Shown: positions 13,401 through 25,400 of the stretch, piece by piece
Layout: each line of letters begins with the position of its first letter
Position numbering within the stretch: the stretch's first letter is position 1
Origin: Phoronis australis
Lineage: Eukaryota; Animalia; Phoronida
NCBI GenBank assembly: GCA_002633005.1
Contig: NMRA01000373.1
Span: forward strand, 62,001-126,000
Direction of reading: 5' to 3'
Length of the DNA stretch: 64,000 nucleotides
Made by a program: the position numbers and the translations under genes
Notes under the pieces: model-generated
What the model saw: only the letters and a program-made list of their open reading frames with translations
Database searches by the model: none
What the model was told of the DNA's origin: nothing

Positions 13401-16400
13401 TTAAAAACTGCTTTAAACTTGAAGCCCGTTCCCTGGCTAAATCGTATGTAGATGTTCCTCGACTCTCCAAATGCTAGGGTTGACATCTGGTGGAGACTAC
13501 AGTTAGTCAGCGGCACCTGCACCGGCACCAGCACGTTCCCCTTCATCTCATTCCACTGGTTGCCGATGGAAACAGTGACATTATAGTCCCCTGGCTTTTC
13601 AAACGTATAGTTGACTATGTGAGAACTGTACAAACATGCTGAAAAGTAATAAATAAATTGTTTTGACCTATCTGGCTTGACTTCAGCAATCAATGGAAAA
13701 ATTCAAACGTCTATCAACTGACATCATTTTTTGAGTCCGGACTGCCATACAATGTTTTTGACGCAATTAACACGATCGTTAATTTTACTATTTATTATTT
13801 TCACAAAGACCTGCTGGGGTGCATTTCACAGGGTGAGTAACGTGCCTCAGCGGCATTAGCACACTGAATTAAGAAATTCAGCCAGAGTTTTATGCAGTAT
13901 CGGGCCAGCTCAACTCTTTGTGAGGATCTTGAAATTGAATCAAAACATTCAAAACTCGCAATTATGTTAAATGGGATGTCCCAAGGTAATAGTTATAGGG
14001 CTTGATACAACTTAAATAGTTACGAAGAATAACATACACGGTGCAGCGTAGACTTCCAGACGAAATGAAGGACTCTCATGGAACCCCAGAGGCACCATGA
14101 TAACAAACTTTGCATCTTGTTGTATGACAATTGTTGTACGGTTGTTGGTGTCATTGCTGGTAATCTAAAGATCAGTCAAAAAGATAACATCACTCAAACA
14201 GAAAAAAAAAACAAATGAATGTACTTCACCAACATTAGATTGATGAGTGTTATGTATGTTAATGCTGACAAAGATGGCAGTCAGGGCTGGAAGACCGAAG
14301 AAGAAATTGTAATATTATTAAAGAATGATAAAAGGATCCATGCTCACCCATCTGAGAGGAAATTTTTTTGTGCGGAAAAACCGTTCTTAGTCACCATCAA
14401 TTCAACCTCAGTCGCCATACCTTATCAATAGTTCCTCAAGTAGCTAAAACTAACAATTTTTTATCATTGTAGTGGATTTACTGGGCTTGACTAGGGGAAT
14501 GAAAATAGGGGAATGCGGACAATATTTCGTCCCAAAATCAAGACATCAAGGGCCCTGGATAATCTAGAAACAACATTTTACAAGTCACCTGAGTGGGAAT
14601 TGTAGAATAATAAGAATAAACTAGGTTTATTGGGAACACTGAAACTACGTCGATCTACAATCGTAAGATGGTCGTCCGTGTGTGTCCGTAATAACAAAGT
14701 CACTTATACTACATCTCCCCCTCAAGTCTCTTAAAAATAAAATTACACTAAACGATACAACAACAAAAATAACACAACTAATGAACGCCAAGTTGGAATT
14801 CATAATAAAAAGTCATTGTTCACTATATATCATCAGTCCTCAAATCCATAACGGATGGGTGGTTTTCGAACACGGTGGCTTGGACTACGCAGCGAATGAG
14901 TCGGTGAAGTTGGGAGTACCGCTGGTACTGAATCATCGGGTGGTGGTGGCGGCATCATCATGACATCTCGCCTATTTCGCGTTATGCTACCTTTATCAGT
15001 CTCGAGAGTCACGGAGCGGTCCTTATCTTGCACCACAACTGCCGGACGTTTCATATCGCGAATCATTACCGACTGACCTTCATGGTATGTAGGAATCTCC
15101 CGTGCACGGTGCCGGGAATCAAATGCTTTTTCCATTTGAATTTTGTAGTCGTGTTCCTTTATCCGCAGGGAGTCACGATCGAGTTCGACTGGTCTAGCAT
15201 CAGGAACTGACGGCAAAGTCGTTCGAAGAGTTTGGTTCATAAGTAAACGAGCGGGTGACTCTCCATTCGCTATGGGAGTATTTCGATATGACAATAAGGC
15301 CAGGTAAGGGTCGTCACATTTACGCAAGAGACCCTTTACAGTCTCCACATGAATCTTTCTGCTTCCCCGTTCGCCTGCGGGTACTTTGGGGAACTCGTCA
15401 GAAGGACGAAATCATAGTCCTTTGCAAAGTTAGCGAACTCTGCGGAAGCATAGCAGGGCCCATTGTCCGACCGAACCACGAACGGAATTCCATGCCTTGC
15501 GAAAATTGACTTCATGTGGTTAATCACACAGCTGGATGTCGCCGCTTCTAGTTTGGCTATCTCAGGGTACCGCGAATAATAGTCTACCACCAATAGATAC
15601 TGTGAGCCTTTGTATTCAAACAAATCTGTCCCTAGCGTTTGCCATGGTCCATCGGGCCATTCCGTCGTCTGGAGTGGCTCGCGTTTTACCGACTGATGCT
15701 CACGGCAGCGACGACACGCCTTAACCATGTCCTCGATAGCCAATGACATGCCAGGCCACCATACACAGGCTTTGGCACGCTCGCGACATTTCGTGATACC
15801 GAGATGACCGACATGGATACGTTGTAAGACATCTAATCTTTCACAGGAAGGAATCACGATGCAATGACCCTTCATAAGCAGTCCATCGACCAAAGTCAAC
15901 TCGTGCTGAACATCCCAGTACGGCTTCAAGATACTTTCTTGAGACGACAAATATTTTGGCCAAGACGTTTTGCAAAACGATGCGACCTTTTGACACACCT
16001 CATCCAATGCTTGTGCATGCTTAATTTCCTCTAGCCTCCTGCTTGTAGCAGGTAAGTTTTGTACCGCTACTTTCGCGAACAGTTCGGTGCTTAATTCGAG
16101 CACTTCATCCCGGTCCTCGGAGCTGGGGTTTCTCGACAGCATGTCCGCGATTAAGTTGTCTTTGCCGGGAAGATGCAATACTTCAAAATCAAAACGCATT
16201 AGCCTTAAGCGTAGTCTTTGTAACCGGGGAGTCAGATTGTTGACATCTTTAGTTGAGAGGATGGGAATCAAGGGTTTATGATCAGTCTCGAGAATCACTT
16301 TCAACCCCACAATATAGTTCCGGTAACGATCACATGCCCATGTCAGAGCAAGGCATTCACGCTCAATACATGTATAATTCGACTCAGTCTGCGAAAGCGA

Positions 16401-19400
16401 TCTCGATGCCGCTGCAACTAAGCGACGCGTACCGTCCGGCTGTACCTGCGAGAGAGTTGCTCCCAGGCCATGAAGGCTAGCGTCCGCAGTAACGATAGTT
16501 TTGAGTGAAACATCGAACTGGGCAAGTACGTGGGGTTTGCTCAATTCTTGTTTGACCGATGCAAATGCCTCCGTTTGGGCACAGTCCCAACGCCACACAG
16601 AATCTTTGCGCAGCAAAGCGCGCAACGGGGCAGCAAGTTCAGCAAACTTAGGGGAAAACTTTCCGTACTGATTAATGGCCCCCAGGAAACTTTGAAGTTC
16701 CTTGACGTTCTTGGGTTCGGGTATTTTAACTATACTGTCAATAGCTTTAGGGTCTGGCCGAATACCCTCAGAGTCAATAATATTCCCCAGAAACTTGACT
16801 TCCGTTTGGCGGTAAACGCATTTCTCTGGATTCAGTGTAAGTCCAGAATGTTCGATTCGTTTTAGCACTGCAGACAAGCGTATATCGTGTTCTTCCATTG
16901 ACGCGCCATAAACAAGAATGTCGTCCATATGAACCACTACGCCTGACAACCCCTCCAACACGGAGGACATTTCGCGGGAAAAAACCTCCGGTGCGCTAGC
17001 CAGACCGAAAGGCAAACGGCAATAGCAATATCTACCGAATGGCGAGAGAAAGGTTGTGAGTTTTTGCGACTCCGGTGCGAGTTCAATTTGCCAAAACCCG
17101 CTATTTGCATCCAGTTTCGAGAACACGCGGCCTTTACTAAGCTGGGCTAAACTGTCCTCGACATTCGCCATCGGAAATACCTCCCTTTTGACCGCTGCGT
17201 TTAGTTTCGTCATGTCAGAACAAATTCTAACCTTTCCGTCCTCTTTTGGGACCACAACCATAGGTGACACCCAGTCGGTGGGTTCCTCTATGGGCCGTAT
17301 TACGCCTATCGATTCCATACGTCGAAGTTCAGCTTCGACGACCGGACGAAGCGGAATCGGTACCGGACGAGCCGTGAAAATAGCGTGGGGCTCGTGCTTA
17401 TCGTCTAATTTAATGCTGTACTGACGTCCTTTTAACCGACCTAGAGAGCCGTCGGCAATATTCCGGGGACCGTCATCAACAGAATCGACTACCTTGATCA
17501 ACCCCAGTCCTATTGATAGCCTCCGAGACAACAAACCGGTGGCCTGTCCGGTAACAACGTACACGGTTTCACGCAAAGTTTTATCCTTGTATTGAACTGT
17601 GGCGTCAAAGCAACCCGGAACATCCAATTCGATATTTCCAGTCGCAAACAACCGTTTCTGAGACTGATTGAGTTTTGGCCACGGGCCACCCGCACACGGC
17701 AATACCGTTACGCCCGCACCAGTGTCTAGTTTAAATTCAAACGTTTTGTCAAAACCTCCCTGGGTGAATACGCGAAGGGGTTTTACAATGTCGTTTTCAC
17801 CTGGCGTTATTTCACCTAAGAACTCTCGAGGCATTTCCTCGTGTTTCCCATTACCCAGTCCGGTAGAGACTTCTTTCACCCCTTCTTGTTGGAGGTGAGT
17901 TTTACATGCAACAGCCCAGTGGCCCCGCCGCTTACATTTCCGACATTCCGACGATCGCGCAGGACATCTCTCACCAGTCCCGTGTGCCGTTTTACCGCAC
18001 CGAGAGCACTTTGAGATTTCGTTTACCGCACCTACCGATGTCGAATCCCCCACTGTGGCTGTAATTTCGCGAAACTGCATACCCGAGGCTTCTGCCGCGT
18101 GACACGAGTCTAACGCCGCTTCGAGAGAAAGACCGTCCGCCTGCCCGCCCTGGCGCAGCAGTTTAGCGCGCAACCCATCATCACGGACACCGAGAACGAG
18201 CTGATCTTTTATCAAAGATTTTTCAAGTTCCCCGAACTCACACGTTTGCGCCAGTGTGCGCAAGTGTGTCACAAAATTTTTGATGGTTTCTCCCTCCATT
18301 TGTTTTCTGCTGTGGAATTTGTAACGTTCATATGTAACATTTTTTCTTGGTGAACAAAATTCTTCAAACTTGGTCAGGACAATATCCAAGTTTTTGGAGG
18401 CCTCTTCATTTTCAAAGCTGATAGTGTTATACAACGCCAATTCATCGTCTCCAACGCAATGTAAGAATAGCGCCACCTTCCGTTCGTCGGAGAAATCAGT
18501 GGCCCCACTCGCCACGAGATACACTTCAAACTTTTGCCGAAATCTCCTCCAGTTTTCAGAGACATTGCCTGAATTGAGGTCTAGATCTACGCTAGGAGGC
18601 TTAATGAGTTCCATCGTATAGTTAAAAAGCTGCAACCATGTAGAATAATAAGAATAAACTAGGTTTATTGGGAACACTGAAACTACGTCGATCTACAATC
18701 GTAAGATGGTCGTCCGTGTGTGTCCGTAATAACAAAGTCACTTATACTACAGGAATAAAGTGTAAAATACAAACTGCAGTGTAAACTCAACGTATTGCGA
18801 CACTTGGCCATATACGGCATGTATACATTGTCAAGGAAACGAATGTCTGTGACCACCTGGTGTTAGAAGTGTGCATGGTATGAACCGCAGGCAAGGAAGT
18901 GTAAAAATCCTCAGACAAATCACAATACAAGACATATTAAAGAGCCTTGTGACGCTGTTGTTGTTGTGACACAGCTGCTATTCCAATACAGCGAGAACGG
19001 AGTCAATTCAGTTTTCCAAAAGTAAAGAAAATAAACATTGATTAACATTCCAAAGCCACCTTGAGGCCCAGAACTTCTAGAAAATGTGTAATTAGCTGTT
19101 TGCTGTGGATATTGCAAGACATTTCTACAAACATCAACACCTGTAGTTAATCTGATGATGGTCTGAGGAATTGAAATGTCATACAATATCCAATATGGTG
19201 GTTGTATACAGACCAAACACTTTTGTAGCAATAAACTGTAAATTGCAGAATGATTTGAAAATACTTTCTGTTAGCATTTAATAATGCATGTGCTAGTTCA
19301 ACCAAATGCTGCTTGATAATTACGAGATTACAAAATTAATGTGCGAATAAATGCATTACTATGAAAAATTCCTACTGGTTAAGTCATTGCCAAGGTACCT

Positions 19401-22400
19401 TACAGTCCTTGAAATCCCACGTTAAATTGTCAATGCTCCACCATAAACGGAACCGTGTCAGCCACGACGAGACGCCATCTCCTTGCACAATGATCTTGTA
19501 GATGAAGCTGGAAGTTGGAAACTGTGCCTGCGTTGTAATAGGGAAAGGTTAGTAGTAAAACAACAGCTAATCAACGGATATGAACTGACTAGCAAAACGT
19601 GCTGGGCATTTCATCAAAACCACGACTGCGAATAAGGAGGAAAAAGAGGGAACATATCTTACAGATGGAATTCAAAGTGAGGTGTTACTAATACGTTCCC
19701 AAATTTAGACGAAATGACAAGGGTCCCTTCAGATGTTAGGTCCTATGCTCCACACAACTATGTCTGATGAAGTAAATCTCACTTGAGCAAAAGTGTAAAG
19801 CATTTGATAATTTACACATTACTGCAAGTTGCGGAGTTAATTCCCATAAATTATTGCTTGACTGTTATGCACCCATATTTACATGACTAAACCTTTTTTG
19901 AGAACAGCTGAAGTGGTAGCGCAACACCAAATACCTGTCTTAAAGTGTAACTTGCACGCTAATTCCTAATCGCTGTGACGGCTTAGCCAAATTACTTTGA
20001 AACACAACATATACAGATAATGTGAACATGAAGTAGGTTGAAATTGCCAAATGCTTTTTGTTTTTAAGAACGAGTTTCGTGGTGAAAATGATCTGTCGCA
20101 AATCATGGAACCATATTCGGTAAGTATCGTTACGTGGTGCTGAGGAATAACACTGCATAATTCAGGCTATGTTAGCCTACAAAGTATGTAGAAGTCAGCT
20201 ATTTTTAGAATTTTTTGTTTTCACATTATTTACAAGCTCTCAATGGATACAACTACCCTTAGTTTAGCTTAGATTATGTTACAATAGCATTGTTGTTTAG
20301 TTCCCAAGTGACAGATGTAATTTATTCCTGACCACAAACAAAAGGCAGTAATGTTGAACTAATGCAGTCCAAACAGCTCTATAAAACCAACCAATCCATT
20401 GTTCGACAAGATGCTTTACCCCAGCCCTGGCTGGATGCAGTTAGTGACTACATTATGTTCATCTTCAGTAATGTAACAACCACATATCTGATCATTAGAA
20501 ACAGTAAATCCTTCAAATCCTTGGCTTCATTGGCTGCCTGGTAATTCCGATCGACATAGCATGAGCAGACAACAAAGCATTTTCCAACTATACCCAGGAC
20601 AATATGCTAGATCATCACAGGTCTGGCACTTGTTTACTGCTGACTGGACTGGAGCAATTCAGATCAAATGCCTTGCACAAGGACACAAAACACAACCGCA
20701 GCAGCCAAGGATTGAACCCACGACCTTTCAGTTATGAGCAGACCACAATAACCACTGTGATATATTGGCTGCTACCTGCTTGTGATCATGAACTCATCAT
20801 TGATGCCAGGTGATTACCTTTAATGAGGTGTTCAGTGATGACGACAGGTGGAACACAGGTGGCTGACTGAAGTTATAGCTCACTTCTTCAAGGAAACTAT
20901 GTCCCGAACTGGTCACGATGGAAAGCTTGGACTTGGGCATTATATCCCGAGTATCAGCTGAATCAAAAGTGAGAAATGTATGTCAAAGTCACGTGAAAGA
21001 CATTTTCTTGACTGACTAACAACAGCAAGGAAGGCCGGGTAGCAGTCAGAGTATTTCTTATCGCCCCAAAAAAATTAATTGTGAGCCATTAAACTACAAA
21101 ATTCGTCTCAACTTGTTCCTTAATCAAACTGGAAGTTTTCTTTGGTTTCCAAGGAACTGACATTTTGTTGTTTCTCGATCGAGACCATGCACAGCAAAAG
21201 TGACATGACGTGACAAGCCAATGGGAGACTTTCAGGAACAATTTACTCTGTCTGTGGCATCGGGGAACCGATTGACTTCATGCAAAAACCTTTTTACAGT
21301 GTATGTGATGATATATAATGTGTTAAAAAGTTATAAAATGCCTCCTCGTCATATAGAGCCCACTGGTATCCGGTCCCATGTGACCAGTCACCAAGGTGCT
21401 ATTTGGAAAGTCTCCAATTTGTAGAGCCTGGGCTCCAGCAATAACAAAATGACAGTTCTTTCCAGAGACCTTTATGACTGGCATATGTGCTGAGTAAACA
21501 TAGGTGCGTCTCAAGTTTGTTACAAGGAACGATAAAAAGACCAATGTTGGCAAAATAAGGTCAAACCTCACATGACCTGGAATGTGTTACGACACGACTG
21601 GTTAAAAAACTTAGTACCGTGTATGTAATTTCAAAGTAGTGCAAAGTAGAAATCCATAGTACGCCTTCCATTTTATAGTCTGAAAAACACTAACAACAGC
21701 AACCAAACGCGCTCCAACCAAACAATGCCAGAATTCCGTGAAGGTGACAAGGTTATGATGAACAAATTGAGAGTCGCAACTGTACATACTCCCAGGACAT
21801 GCAAGCAATTTCTTAAACGCTTCCATCTTTAGCGGTGAATTCCATATCCACGCTCATTCAAATGGAGACAAAGACCAATGCAAGAAACAAGGTGAGATTG
21901 CCTAGCTGTGCTGTCTCAAGGCAAATCCAGTGCTCACGCACAGGGAAACCCTGCTAACTGTGTAATTTATAAACATTCACAACTTCAAAGACTATTCAAA
22001 CTTGAACATGTATTACGAAAGCTGAATACAATTTACAATATTGTTGGGCAGTTTAACAAATTTTAAACGTGCGGTAACTGTCTTGAGTTTACTTTAAATT
22101 ACGCAAGCATGTTTTTACAAAGTTGCATCATGTAATTGAAAGTATTAGACACGTCAAATTTTTCGGAAAAAAAATCGTGTTTACGGTTCATGTCCTCAGC
22201 AAGCCTCAGGATTTCGACGAAATTTCCAAGAGGATTTGTTCATGTCATAAACCTGAGACGAGTGAAAAATTCTCTATCCATTATGACAGAGTAGAAATAC
22301 AAAGAATAAGGATGAAAATAAATACAATACGGAAAAAATAATTATCTCTGGTAAGATGGCCAATAAAAAAGTCCGCAAGATGTTTTAAAGACAGCTTGTG

Positions 22401-25400
22401 TAATTTTATGTAATACTATATATATAAGAATACCATGCACTACAAATATGAGTGTATAATTACCACACAGCATTTAATAGACAAAACTCCAATGAAATCA
22501 AATTTTTATCAAAAAGAAGACAAAGTTCTGATTTAACTCTCTGCAGAAATCGATAAAAACTCTGCTAACTCATGTGTTCTACTTACGTTTTGGAGAATAC
22601 ATTTTTCCACTGAACGTTTGCAAGAATTGTGGATTGGTGAACGCGCTACCTGACTCTAAAGAACACGTGTTGTTGTCATCCAATGATATGCCTAAGCATT
22701 TTTCTTCAAGCAAGCACTCATTAAAGCAACTTTCTGTAAAACACAACAAGGAATCCATTAGACAATACCAAACTGCCGGTGTAAGCTGAAATACAACGGA
22801 GTCCGCTTAATGTCATTCCCTCGGTTTCCTCGTAAATTATGATAATAAGCGGGTTATGCCATTAAGCGGGTTTAAACTTGATGGTGATCATAACCAACTC
22901 ATAAGGCAATCATGCTAATTGGAGAGACTCAGTTTTACCCCAGCGCCGAGATCTGATAAGACAAATTAATTTAAGATGAATTAAGTTTGAATAGTTTTTA
23001 ATAGAGAAAAGTGAAGGTACACAATCATGCTAATAAGTGGATAGGAATCGATCTTGCTGATTTTAATGACAGTACCCTGGAACATGACAACAAGTCATGA
23101 CATCATGGGAGTTATTTTACATGACAATAATCAGGATATTCCATTATCCAGCATGACATTAAGAGGGCTCTGCACATGCTTACCCATGCCTCCAGACTGA
23201 CAGTGAAGAGAAACCCCAGTTTTTGAGCAAAAAATTCTTCCATGGCAAAATTACAGCAGTGAAAGAGAAAAGACAACTGATGAGAAAAGAATTGTGGCAA
23301 AAGAACCATTGAGGATGTTCACACAGTTAGTGAGGGCGGAGCAGTGACATATTGATTGGCAGCTGAAAGTCATATCGTTAGTTTCCCAGAGTTCCCAAAA
23401 ATGATGCCAGTAAAACTTACTTAAGGTAGAAGTATACACAAAAAAATTAATTTTGACTGTTTTTTACATTTTTATGTCATCCTAATCTTTAATTTTTGAT
23501 GTACAGTATTCTGAAGAAAAATAAAATCATTCTGAAAATCCAAAGTTGTTTTTAGGTATATTTGACCAAGCCTCAGTAAGTCATATGGCTTGAGTGCTCA
23601 CCAGCTCAGTGATTGACAACTGGGGCGGAGCTTATATACAAGGACACTAGCTCTAATTTAACCCTGTCAACAAGCATTGCGTAACCGGGCAATCGAGAGT
23701 GATGTACCAGCCAATGAGCTATACCTGGTATAGCTCATTGTACCAGCTGATATTGGTGTTGTAGCAAGACCAAGAATAAAACAATTCTATTTTTGACCAT
23801 GTGACAGTTGGTAGTGAAATGGTGAACTAGCTCCTGTTCCGAGCCTGAGCCTGTTAGTCTATCTGCAAAAAAAATTAAGTTGAGTACGCCAAGCCCTACC
23901 GAAGCCATCACTGCACTCAGCTTGAGGAGTCCGTGCAGAAATTGTGCATGTATAAAAAAGTCGGTAATATAAGGTCAGGTGTCTTGCGAGAGGACGCTGA
24001 GTGTCGACGCGGGTGGTGTTGCACGATTCGGTGAGAGTGCATGCACGCGCTGTGAAGACAAGCCGCGTGCGCGACACATGGACAACTACATATTGTACAG
24101 GCCGTCAGAGTAGAGTCTTCGCAGATAAACTGTGCTTCTGTGCTGGGAACGCGCCGTGGAGAAACTAGGCTGTCAAACCCAGAGGATTTTTAACTTGCCA
24201 CTGGCCGTAACCCAAAGAATTAGAGAAATGACCCAGTGTTCAACATAACAAAAAATTTTCTAGTGCATAGATTCAAACGTAACCCTGAATTAAAACTCAT
24301 GATATTATATGATTTTAGAGGAAAGCAATATAAGAAACTTTAGTAACTTGAGAATCTCACCCAAGCGGCGCTTTTGCGCAGAAAGTGATATTTTGTTATC
24401 CCAAAGTCCATTCGGTACAGGCATGTAAAAATGTTGAACCATTACTATGAAAGTAGTTCTTTATCTTTGTCGCCAATATTGTTATGTAGGCAGTAACGCG
24501 GCGATTTGATATAACACATATATTGGTTGATGATAATATTGGAATACTAACAAATAGGTCTGTGTAATATAGTTAGAGAGTCTTTTACAAACTGAGTGGA
24601 GAGTTCAGATGAATCGTATTAACAATCAACACATGGTTTTAATGTGGGGTCGGCACACCAGTACAGCAGACAATAGATCAACGCTAAGCTCCGCCCACGT
24701 GACAGCCATATTTGTTTTGGTCGTCTGTCGTGCTTCACAAGTTCGAAAAAATGATTAAAATTACGCTGTAAACAAACAGATATGTCACATTTTCTAAATA
24801 TGAAGTAAATATCAGCTTTATTTCTAGTACTTCAACAAAAATTGGAACATAATGACCACGCATTCTGAACGAAATTTGATCTCAAGTGGCAATCGATGAC
24901 CGCTTAACTTTAAAGCCGTTTTTCTCGGCTCGTGATTTCAGGATAGTGACAACATTCTTGGGCCTATTTTTCCACAACACGTGGGTCAATTTTTACGAAA
25001 GTTGCAAATTTGAAACCCTCTAGGACTGAACTAAAATCGCGTGCCAGGGTTTTTTGATAAATGGACCAGATTTTTAGTTATTAGACGGAAAGTGACCAAA
25101 TGACAAAAAGTGGCGTGCTTGCCCCAACTCACACACAAAAAATGCCACAAAATCAAGATCATAATGATTTTGTACATATATTTGGTATGGATAAGTAGAA
25201 TATTGCGTAAGGAAACAGTTGATGATGATCCCTGTGCATTTTGAAAAAAAATTCGAGGTAAAATTGGATTTGTTGAAAATTAAAAAATACGATTTTTTAA
25301 AAAAACGAACTACAAAAAAACATTTTTTTTTCGATTTTTGTCACTTTCAGAGTCATGTCTAACTAGTTAAAACTACCTTTTTACTCATTTTAGTTAGGAA

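Larger units (their letters stand above)
14601..18751 (-). mobile_element. Full-length Ty3/Gypsy LTR retrotransposon, Mag-like
   Basis: Two identical 113-bp TG..CA LTRs; GGAAT target duplication at 14596-14600 and 18752-18756; PBS and PPT present; gag-PR-RT-RH-IN order. Confidence 0.97.

Noticed and set aside
18615-18677. N-terminal extension of Gag starting inside the LTR
   Set aside because: The ORF track uses a non-ATG start across the LTR and PBS; the first ATG is at 18614.
21616-21679. Candidate exon (DYKMEGVLWISTLHYFEITYT)
   Set aside because: Good acceptor, but its end phase does not connect to any nearby downstream exon without a stop.
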